A DNA stretch of 56,394 bases, filler included, from Basidioascus undulatus (taxonomy: Eukaryota), in the NCBI GenBank assembly GCA_000826855.1. It is 3 parts of 3 records of this genome, joined end to end, with 100 filler letters (N's around TTAATTAATTAA, not from the genome) between each part and the next. Parts side by side here need not be neighbours in the genome. Positions count along the whole stretch, not along the records: positions 37,695 to 56,394 come from JTLS01000452.1; 2 more parts are not named here. One strand, 5' to 3'. The translations under genes and the position numbers were made by a program. Positions 45,823-56,394 of this stretch are shown piece by piece; position 1 is the stretch's first letter; each line of letters starts with the position of its first letter. Under the pieces are notes generated by a model. It saw only the letters and a program-made list of their open reading frames with translations. It was not told the DNA's origin and made no database searches.

Positions 45823-48800
45823 AGTAACCTGGCGACAGGAGCTGATCTAAAAGCTGAGCATAAATCCGCATTTGTTCGTTTTGCTCAGGGCTCGGAATGG
45901 GTGGGGCATTGACTTGGACGGCGGCAGCGTGCGCGAATGGGCGTTGCGTGAGTTAGTCGGCGTCGACCTTGCACGTTGTCGAAGGGCAGCACACGCGGGT
46001 GACGTTCTCACCCGGTGAAGAGAATACCCAAAGGGAAAGGACCGTAACTGGTCTCTATTGCTCTGGCAAGCTCCACTGATAAGCCCAACGGTAATGGCGG
46101 GACGTGAACTGATGATGGCAGCGCGAACGTACGCTTTCCGGGGATTTGAGGCTCGAGAAACCAGATTTGAGAATGCCCTCCAGGATGTGCTAGGGGAAGG
46201 TAAGGTTGGGGGTAGACAAAACAAGACAAGACAAGTTGATTAGAGGTGTGTGGTTGTGATGGTCAGGAAGCAGGCCAACAACGGCGGTTCGGCTTCCCAA
46301 ACGCTGGGCGGGCGGTGGATTCTTACCGCCTCCCAGCCGCTCAGTCCCATGTTCGCAATCCCCGGTGAAGCTGCATTTTCGAATACGTTGCTTACTTCGA
46401 GTTTTGGGAAACTGGACAAATAGATGAGCAATCTTTGGGGCAACTCAGTCGAGCGACGCCTGACCCATTGTGCTGCGGGACTTTTGCGTGTTAACAAGTG
46501 TAAAGCTGGAGCCGAGCCACACAGAGACACACTCAGGGAAGTTTCCAAATATCTTCGAAGACATGAAGAGTCAACGGATAGGGAGAATGTTCGATGCTTC
46601 CGTCGGACCTGTCGAGCAGCACGAAGTTGCTTCGGGAAGATGAACGTCGCCCAGGCCACGTACAACGCGGACGACACGACGCGGGATGCGATGTCGCCTA
46701 TCACGGAAACCGTTGGGTGTATGGAAGGGTAATTACTGGTAGATGTAAGGGCGGCATGGGTACTTTTGAGGATGCTGCCCTGTTTTCGTCTTGCGCGAAA
46801 CCTACGTTCGCATCGCTTGTTTCGATTGCGGGGTTGATTCTCTCTATAGCAAGGTTGCTGTAGGCAATAGCATTCGAGCTACCGGAGAACATGGATGTTC
46901 TTCGATGCGGTTAATGACCATGCATGATCAGAGACAAGTAGGTAATTGTCGAGCTGTCAGTGGTCAGTGGCAGGCCGAGCGGCAGCCTCATGCAGCCCGC
47001 GCCCTTTCTACGTCTTCCTCAGCAACCCTCACCTGCTTTCGCCTCATATAAGAGTGGTCCTGACCAGGGCACATATAAAACGTCCCCATTGGTCTCAAAT
47101 CTCAATAGCGGTCTCTATCGGTAGTCTCTATGGCACCCGCGCCAACGCCGTGTCGGCGCTGTTTCTTCACTTCGCTCCCCGTCGAGCTCCTCGATCGCAT
47201 CTTTCCCAAGCTACCCATGCTTTCGAGCAAGCTCGCCTTCGTGCATACTTGCGCCTTATTTCACCGCACATTTTCGAGTCACCCGTCATGGTAAGGATCT
47301 TGTCTCGCCGCTGGCGTGGGGCTCCCGAAGACTCGCCCGTAGGCCGTTCCACGGCAAGGAGAGCCGCTTTGGCGATGGCTCCAGACTTCGAGCGCTCAGT
47401 CGCTGAGCGGGCTCGAACTCCAGAAGAAAGGGTGAGCCTTTGGGATGGGTTGAGTGGGCCGGGCGGGCGGGCATTGAGGAGCAGGCGGGATTGCCAACGT
47501 TGTGACCGCGCGACATTTACGCTTGCGGTTTCCTACTGCATGCACTTCGGTACGCACAAAGCGCCCCGTTACCCAGTCTGAGTGCCCACCTAATGGTCTC
47601 CCAGTGGACGAGATCCGTTGGAGCACGTTTCCTACGCCCGTCTCTCCCCCCGAAATCTCGTCCCTTCCCCACCCGCTCCACCCGAACGACATGCTGTACA
47701 GCTTCCTCGATCTTTCCCTTTCCGCCCCCGTTGAGAGAAAGGTCTTACACCGCTGTCGAGGGCTCCCACCATCTGTCCTGCAGCGGCCCCTACGTTAAGA
47801 CGCGCCAGACGGCTCCGTCGCGCTGCGACATGCAGCTCTGCAAGCACGCGAGCATCGCGCTTGCACCCGCGACGTGGCCGCCGGTCCAACGGCTTGGCGT
47901 ACGCATCCTAGGGAATGTTAACGATAACATCGCCGTCGATGGAGAGGCTGGGCGTGACGTTATCTGGGTTCGAAACGACCACGGGGTAACGGTGCGGGAC
48001 TTGACAAAGGAGGTTACGGAGTTGTGCGCCTTCACCACATCCTCGGCACCCTCAATGACTTCCTATACTGACGAGTCTTCCTTCAGCGCCTCGAAACGTC
48101 TGACTTCAAACAGCAAGAGACCTGGCGGAACACGCTCCTAATCGACTGCGTTGCTCGGGCGATCTGCGCGCCGCTCGAAGGGGTCGCTACTAAGTCAGAA
48201 AGTCGTCGAGTGCATTATGTTCTAATATCATGCTTGTGCTCGTTGAGTTTTACAAACTCGCAATTACCAAGGTTATGGAGCGAACTGCACCTTGCTGAAA
48301 ACTACCGCGAGGTCCTGAGCCAAGCTACGCGCGGATGGGCGCTCTGCAGCTGCTGGTGCGTGTTTCTGACTTTCTGCCTTTCACAATACGGAATACGCTT
48401 CTTTATCCCCAAATGGAACAGCTGTGATTTCAGAGGACCTCCAAGACGATGGGGATGTCACGGAGCTGAGAATTTGCCTGCTTACGGAAATCCACGGCGA
48501 CCACTAGATAGTAAGGGATAGGCACTGCTGTACAGCCGCCTTGATCCAATTGACGGGAAGCATGTGCCGCGTGACTGCAATCTGGATGATTCAGTACTGT
48601 CACTACCAAAGAATCCTTCCAGGGTTGGACTTCATCCTGAGGGCGCGGCTTCCAGTCCGCACAGATGGGCGGCCCTGTCTGACATTTTCCTTCAGGTAAC
48701 CCATAGCTATATGGTGAGTATAGACTTCAATTAGTCTCTGCCTGATCCTGCTTTTGCTGGCGGTGAGTCATGTCTCCGGCCGCGAAAGATGTTCTACGCT

Positions 48801-50049
48801 GTACGTTCATCGGATCACCGGAAGCTCACGGGCAAGAAGTCCACCTCACACGATTTTTTGTGTCAATGTAATTCTGGAAAACTTCTCAGTCGGCGCCCCT
48901 TTTCGTTTTCCTGATGCTTCGCATTCAGCCTCCTTCTCGGCCCCCTTTCCTGCGTTGCAAGTTGCAACTGGCACAGACGTTGCACTCAACAACAGACATC
49001 GTTCTCACACTATCTGTAAAAGCACAACGCTTTGATGTAAAGTAGAAAAGTAGTCTTATCCCAAGGTGTTAGACATTGCAGCAGAGGTTGTAACACAAGG
49101 TCAAGAGGCGCGGTCGTTGCCACTCGCCGGCCAGTGCGGCTGCACGCACAACAATCCACGCAACTCGCAGCTGTCATACCTTGATGATAAGTTTTTTTTT
49201 AATATGACGTGTATATTTCAAGGGTGTTAAGGTAGAGCAGCAGATAAATATGAGCAACCAACATGCCGTTCGAAACGAATCGGACATCGCAGCGCATGAA
49301 TCGCAAGAACAGATCGTGACACAAAGGAAGTGGGATATGCGGAGTGGGGAGTGTGGCAGAAGACGAGTAAAAGAAAAGTTCGAGCTTCAAAAGATTCCGT
49401 TGAATACCACCCCTTATCTTTGCGCCGACCCAGTACCTGCCGCCTGGCCGCCTACAACAGCGCCGAGCTCGAAATCTGGCCCTTCTTCCTCGTCGCGGCT
49501 CGGGAGCCAGCCGGAGACCAGATGCAACCGGAATCCTGTAGGGCGGCTGACCGGGTTGGAGATGCGAGGAGGCGTGGCGCCTCTGCAGCGCGGGCGGAGC
49601 GGTGCGCGTGGATGTGATCGAGGCGACATCTGAGGACGCGTTGGAGAGAGGGAGCGGAATGCATTCCGGGTAACGTGCTTTCGGCAAAAAGATATCACCT
49701 TTCCATTCAAGCAGGAAGAGATCCACAACGGCTCACCAAGAATGATCGCGTGCAGCCGCCAACTCATCGCCAGTCCGAGCCAAAGTTCTGCGTGCAATAA
49801 AGGGCTCAGGTCCGAAATCCGTGCCGGCGAGGCGATCCTCGCTGACCAGGAGGAGAGCGTTGAACAGGTCCCTCAGGTCTCCAGCTTCCCCTAGAACAGA
49901 TGCGTAGAGTCCATAGAGACATACGGAGTCTACCACCTTCCAATCGACTATTAGGCCCGAGTCGAGCCGATGGTACCCGTGCGATGGCATGTGAACGGCG
50001 AGGGTGGAGCCCAAACGATGTTCGAAGCACAAATGGAGGAGGTGAGCGT

Positions 50050-52358
50050 CTAGGATGTGAAGGTCAAGGTTGTCCCTCGCGCAGGTTTCGTTGTTGGTAA
50101 GCGCCGGGAGTAGACCAAGCAGCTATTAGACACATTCAGCGAGGTGAGTATACCTCTTGGGTCAAAGAAGAGGTATTGAGTTCTCACAGTGTCAAGCAAC
50201 TCTTGATTCCGCTTCAAGTGGGCTGCGCTGGGCAAGCTATTCACGGCCATGAGGCTGCTCTGCGAGTAGATGAGACTGAAATGATAGAAGAGCTCTGCAC
50301 ATGGACGTATGTCGATGGGATCGCCCCCAGTATCCGTAGCTACCCCGAGCCACACGGAGCAAACGAGAGAAACGATTTTTTCGTCGCTGATTCGGGCATC
50401 CTGAAGAGCTTTGACAAAGCCGCGTTCGTCATCCTCGAACAGTGAACGGACTGCAACGAGGCCTACGTCGAAGATTTGACGCAATCTGGAGCGGTACTGC
50501 TCGCCGTTGGGCCCGATTGCCTGGCCCAGCACTCACAGACATCGTGGAGTGTAATGAAGACGACGGGAATGCCGGATTGCGGGGCGATAGTGGACCGATT
50601 CGATCGATTCGGGTACGAGAGACGCCGCCCACTGCAAGAGCCGCAAAGAAAGCCCAGACGGGGAAAGAGCACACTTCAATTTGAAGCGAGAAACAAGTGC
50701 CCCGATGATGATGTCTGGGTCAGTCGGATCCACCAGCCGGATATGGTGCTTATCGTCCAACGCCGCGCAGAGGTTGTAACAAGCTATTGTTCCACCCACC
50801 GAGAGAAGCCAGGACACCATGGGGTGGATCGGCTTCCGACATTGCGACCACCCATCGAAGCCAGACACTCCGAGTATAGCCATCTGTAAAGAATCTGAGG
50901 CCTCGTACAGATCTTGGGATGAGTCCAACCGGACCAGGAGCTTCAAGAAGACGCTCTCGAGGTCAATGGCCTCTTGGTTGGCGCGGCGAACAGCCTCTGC
51001 GTCAAGAGCAAGACTGCTGAAATACCCCGAGAAGATGTGCACAGAACTCAACCGCTGAGCCAGGAAGCTTATCGAAGCTCGAATGCATTTCTCGAAAAGG
51101 CCACAGAAGGGCGACGAGGGGGATAGGGTGCTGTGAAGTCAGGCAGCCCCCAACGAAAGGGGGAGCGAGGCGGATACGACAACACCTGAAATGAAGCCAG
51201 CGAATATGAGGCCATCGAGGTCTTGAAGTGGCGGAATAAGGCCCCATAGCCAAAAAGAAGAAGCCCACAGCGAAAACCAGGAGGGCGGCCTGAAGAACGA
51301 AAGACATCGCAGCGAGAACGTGAGGGATGAAGCTCTTCGCTGACTCGAGCCGAGCATTCTGTGAAATAGCTTTGTCGCAGTTGTTCATTCCCGAGGGGGG
51401 ACGGAAAGGCGAGCAAGCCATTACCGACATTTGACAGCTAGAAAAGCCTGCGCAGAGGGCGAAACGAGTGAGAGGATGAAGCAGAAGTTAACGCGAAGCG
51501 CAGGGAGAAGCCAGTGTCGTCGAGCTCAGCGGGAGCGATCCAGACCTGTTGGGGTCGGGGGAAAGGAGCGTGAGGTTCCACAAGAGTTCGTTCGTGATTT
51601 CGCTCTGTTTGACCATGAAGACGTTCCCCGAGCAGCAGGTCAGCATCCTCGACAACAAAGTACACAAACCGAAGGCAAGACCTGGTCAGGCTTGAGATCC
51701 TTGTACGGCTCGATGATGAACGCAGTGACGATTGCCGAGAACAAACCGATCTGCAATCAGCTCAATCAGCGCGGTCGGAGGGGATGCCCAACTGGTTTGC
51801 GGCTCATGTGGAATTTGAGACTCACGAAGATGAGGGCGACGTCGAGCCCCTCTCTCCACTCCTTCACGTACTTGGCTATGTTGTCGGGAACGACCCAGTA
51901 GAGCGGAGCCCATGCCCTCGAGTCCTTTTCCGACTTTGGGGGCGTCGGGCCGTCCTGGAGAGGTTGGGAGGCTGCAAGCGATGTGGCCGCGTTCAGCTTT
52001 CGATAAGCTTCGAATATGTTGATACACACAGGCTTGAACGTGTTTCGACAGGCGGTTCAGTTCGTCCTCCGTCCTCTGCACACGCCTGTCGCTGGACTTC
52101 AGAAGCTCGGCAATGTCTGCAACGGCCCAGCTAGTCAATGCCTTGTTACGGAATCGCCCAGCCCGTGGCCGCCTCCCTCCCATAAAAGCGGAGAAGTTTC
52201 GTATTCTTGAGAACTTTGAGCTCCTCCGACCCAGTACCAGCTGCTGGCTCGGTCGTGGATGCGGTCCGGATAGAACCGCGGTCTTCGGAAGTCGCCGCAG
52301 GGCCTGTCAGCGACGGAGCTGTTTTCGACCCCGGGTCTGCCTGTGAAATGTCCGCCAT
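50050..52358 (-). pseudogene. DUF6535-domain membrane protein pseudogene
   Basis: YVKEWREGLDVALIF|IGLFSAIVTAFIIEPYKDLKPD, LRVNFCFILSL...AFLAVKCR*WL (TAA 51421-51423 where Q is expected) and MSFVLQAALLVFAVGF match the DUF6535 pattern. Multiple stops and frameshifts; boundaries approximate. Confidence 0.72.
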
Positions 52359-52872
52359 GACTGAGGTAGGGCAAGGAAGATAGGAGAGACGCTTTGATCG
52401 ATAGGGATGCGGAGGATATGAAAGGCGACTACATCAGACAAGCAACCGATCGCGGACTCAGGCGACCCGCTGTCACGGCCAGCGCTGACGGCACGGGGGT
52501 TTACCTTTGTCCAACTCCACAATAATTGCAGAACCTTCTTGCATGGGACGACAGGCCACTGCGCTTCGGACGTCTGGTCCATCACACAGGCTGGAAGCCT
52601 GAGAACGTTGCACAAGGGGCATGCGGTATTACTCCCGCGAGCACGAAACGAAGGGTACAATGAAACTCAGGCGTTCCGGCCACTCATACTGCTCTCGAAG
52701 ATTGCAATGAATACGGTTCGTTACTATAAGGGTGAAGGTCGGGACAACGTCACATAAGCCTGAGAAAGAGTACAAGTGCTGCGTGTGCGGTATGCGGAGG
52801 GTATGAAAAGCAGAAATCTCCAGAACAGTAAACGTTCAAGAAAAACAAAAATCATCTCACTCCAGAACAGCC

Positions 52873-55800
52873 TCAAATGCTGACGAAGAAGTTCTTCTCT
52901 CCCTCCTTCGCCTTCACCCTCCCGCGCTTAACGAGGAAGTCCGCGCACGCCAGGCGGATGCGCTCGGGCGTCAAGGGCGTCCTGAACTCCTGGAGCTCGT
53001 GCACGCCCGCGTCAGCGCGCGCCGACTTGAGCGCGTCGCGGATGGCGAACGCGACGGATGAGCCGAGGAAGAGCGGGGGCTCGCCGATGCCCTTGCTCGA
53101 GGCGATCGTGCCCAGGTTCGGCCACTCAGCGTCCCGCAGGAGGCTGACGTTGAAGATCTGCGGGACGTCGTTGAAACCGGGGAGCTTGTAGGTGCCTGCA
53201 AGAATTCGCAGGATTAAGAGTGCGCTCCCGCGATCAGTGAAGATCGGAAGACAAAGACTGTACGCACCCGGTCCGCGCGTGAAGAGGTGCCCGTTGTGCT
53301 GTGTCCAGAGTGACTCCTCCATCGTCACCCATCCCATGCCTTGGACGAACTGTCAGAGCAGCGCAGTACAGTCAGTTGTAGATCAAAGCCGGGGAACGCG
53401 GTAAACACTCACAGCGCCTTCGATCTGGCCGTAGTCGATGGCAGGGTTGATCGACCTCCCGACGTCCATCTTGATGTCGACGCGGCGAACGATATGGTCT
53501 CCCGTGAGGATATCGACCTCGACCTCGGTAACCTGCATGTGCTGTGAGTGCTCATCCTCCGGAGCGGAGTTTGTTTTCAACGAAACTTACCGCAACACCC
53601 TGCGTGAAGTAGTAGAACAGCTTGCCGGGGTCGACAAAGTTGCTATACGACCGGAAGAAATCAGGTCAGTCCCGTCGGGAAGTGCGGGAAGCAGAACAAG
53701 GATAAGCGGACGCACCCCCACTCGTAACCCAGCGTAGGCGTTGCGTAGTGGCCCGTCGCGCTCAGATGGACGCGGTCCTGCCACGCCGCCGCCGCGAGGT
53801 CCGCCAGCGGCGCGTCGCGGCCGAGCTTATTCCTATACGGCTCGAGACGCTCGCGGAGCTCTTTGCACGCGTTGGCCACGGCATAGCCGTTCAGGTCGCT
53901 GCCGGCGGAGCCGCTGCTTGTCGTCATATCGGAAAGAAATCAGTCTGCCGTTCAGCGGCAGCGATGAGGGGAGAATACGCACGCGGTCGGGATCGTGTTC
54001 GCAACCGTAGCGGTAGATGCTTCGGACGTAAAGATTGTGTCGAGCGGGACTTGGAGCTCTTGCGCGGCGATCTGGCAGCACTTGGTGAAGAGCCCCTGGC
54101 CCATCTCCGTCCCGCCGTGCGCGAGGAGGACGCTGCCGTCGGTGTAGATGTCTGCCGGTCGAACAAAAGTCCATCAACGCACCCGCTTATAAGACCATCT
54201 GTCGCGCTAGCTATTGACTTACGGACGAGCGCCGAGCCTTGGTTCATAGCCTTGACGCCGAGCGAGAGCTGCGTGCCACCCAACCCAATTGCACGAACAT
54301 CAGCGCCGGCGAGACGGACAATCGAGAGCCTGAGACGCACCCCGAACTTGGTAGGGATCAGCGCAATCCCGCGCTTGCGCCACTTGTGCTCATGGTTGAA
54401 GCGGTCGACCTCGGCTCGCCGGCGGTCGTACTCGCTCTCGGCGCGCAGGTCCTTCATCAGGCGCGGGACGTGCCAGTCCTCGATCGTCTGCAGGAAGTGC
54501 GTCTTCTCGCCCTCCTTGTAGAGGTTGATCTGCGAAGGAAGCCGAGCGAGTAAGAACAGTCAAAGGCTTGCATGCAACAGCGTGCAGCGTGCCAGACATA
54601 CTTCGCGGACATGGTCAATGTCGAGCCCCAGCTTGTCCGCGAGCGCGAGCATGTACGACTCGGCGACGACTATGTGGTTCACGCACGTTAGGCATTGGAA
54701 GGAAAGCATGCAGCTGAAGGCGGAGAGCACGCACACATCCCCTGCGGACCGCCGAAGCCACGGAACCTGAAGAAACGTCGGCGACGGAAAGGGTCAAAAC
54801 AACTATGTTGCGCTCGATGGTTAAAGCAACATTCACGTACGCCGTGTTCGAGACAGTGTTCGTCTTGCAGCACCGCGCACGGGCGTCGACGTTCGGGCAG
54901 TAATACACGTTGCTGTCGCCACCCCATCCGTCAATCAGCAACATCTTCCAGCACATGACAACCGGCTCCATCTCGCCATCGTCGGCAAGACTCACTCGAC
55001 ATGTACGATAGCCCGGTCGTTGACGCCCCCGCTGAGGTCCAAGCTGTACCCGGCGTTGGAGAACAGCTCGATCTGGAGCGCGACGAGCTTGCCCTCGCGC
55101 GTCGCGCCCGCCTTCCAGCGCGCGAGGTACGGGTGCCGCTGGCCGGTCGTCATCATGTCCTCGTCCCGGTCGAGCATGCAACGCACCGCGCGGCGCGTCT
55201 TCTTCGCGCCGACGGCGAGAATCGCCGCGAGCTGGATGGGGTGAATGTGCGGTGTTCCGTCATTGGACAGTTCAATCGAAGGAGAGGAAAGCAAAACAAA
55301 AGGGGGGAAAGGGGAGACACACCTGCGACGCCCGCGTCTCCTTCCCGCCAAACCCACCGCCCATGCGTTTTGTCCGCGCGACGATCCGGTTGTGGGGGAC
55401 TCCCGTGACCTGGGCGACGTACTCCTGTCCAACGCGGAAGACAAATAGTATGAGTTATCGACATTCGACGTAAGTAAGCAGAGCTTCGGACGCGGGACGC
55501 ACCTGCGTGTCCGTCAGCGCCTGCGTCGAGCTGAAAACCTCCATCTCCCCGGCCTCGAGCTTCGGTACGCTGCGTGGCGGCAAGCAGCATCAGCGTCAAT
55601 TCTTCTGACTCTCCGTGCTCCAAATGAGAAAGGAAAGACAAAATAAAGGAAATGGGAGGGAAGAATAGGAGGAGAGCGCCGGCGAGGAGGAACGCACATC
55701 AAGCAAGCCACTGCGTGGCCGGCGTGTCAGCGTTTCGTCCTGGCTCGATGGGTATGGAATAGGTGGAAAATGAAAAATGTACTTGCTTGTTTCTAAGTAC

Positions 55801-56394
55801 CAATGTTCTTGACCACCCAGCCTCGTCGTCCCCTCCACCACGCACTCCGCCTCCCCCAAAACCTCCTCCACGTCCCTCCCCCTCTTCACCCTCCTATCAT
55901 ACCCCGCATGGAAGCTCCCCTTCTCCAGCGCCTCCTCAATACTTAGCACCGCGGGCAAATCTTCATACTCCACCACGACCAACCTCGCCGCCTTCTGCGC
56001 GACGATCTTGTTCTCCGCGACCACCAATCCAATCGGCTGGCCGTGCGCCGTCACCTCCCCCACAGCGAAGAAGCGCTCGTCCTTCACCTTTCCCCACAAG
56101 TTCGCCTTCTCATCCGGCAAGTCCGTATAATCTACCCACGCGACAACGCCGGGGAGCGCGAGGGCGGGGGCGGGGTCGACCCGGAGAAGCTTGGCGTGCG
56201 CGCGAGAGGAGAGGACGAGCGCGCCGTACGCCTCGTTCGTCCCGATGCGGGGCATGTCGTCCACGTAGACGGCCTCGCCCGTCGCGTGCTTCAGGCCCGA
56301 GAGATGCGGCTCTTGCCGCCCGACGATTTCTCGCGCGTAGGGGTCCGAGTTGTCCCGCGTCCCGGAGGACAGGGCGCGCGGGGGGGGGGGGGGG
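52873..56394 (-). CDS. XDH: Xanthine dehydrogenase (molybdopterin-binding domains), 3' part; 5' end beyond the window
   Basis: [145 protein letters not shown]; ends KNFFVSI*. Confidence 0.97.

Noticed and set aside
45850..48150. ORF fragments, one weakly F-box-like (MPPLHLP...IGDIA)
   Set aside because: Too degenerate to assign a family or exon structure.
56379..56394. Terminal poly-G run
   Set aside because: At the window end inside XDH; likely a low-quality homopolymer.
25989..56394. A nitrogen/sugar metabolic gene cluster (ASN, MFS, GH79, sugar porter, XDH)
   Set aside because: No coherent pathway, the genes are separated by an artificial gap, and GH79 is truncated.

Overview
Intron-rich fungal genomic DNA, basidiomycete-type (inferred from short GT-AG introns with CTRAY branch points plus PA28 and DUF6535 genes; Pucciniomycotina is plausible but unproven). 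The window is three contigs joined by two 100-bp N/TTAATTAATTAA linkers. GC-rich conserved genes (fimbrin 3' end, histidine acid phosphatase, RAV1, PA28 proteasome activator 3' part, PP2A B56 subunit, asparagine synthetase, an SV2-like MFS transporter, a small membrane protein, xanthine dehydrogenase 3' part) alternate with decayed or truncated accessory genes (DUF3237, two or three F-box-like genes, DUF6535, 5'-truncated GH79, a multi-TM fragment) and transposon-like relics. I found no clearly new multi-gene system. The most notable structures are: a sugar-porter gene present as two oppositely oriented halves sharing a ~270-bp near-identical inverted overlap; extreme micro-exons (3, 10, 11, 12, 13 nt) that build conserved motifs; a PA28 without a recognisable activation loop; GC-AG introns; and several apparently intact genes lacking 5' ends. 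All gene models were spliced by eye, so coordinates are approximate where stated.
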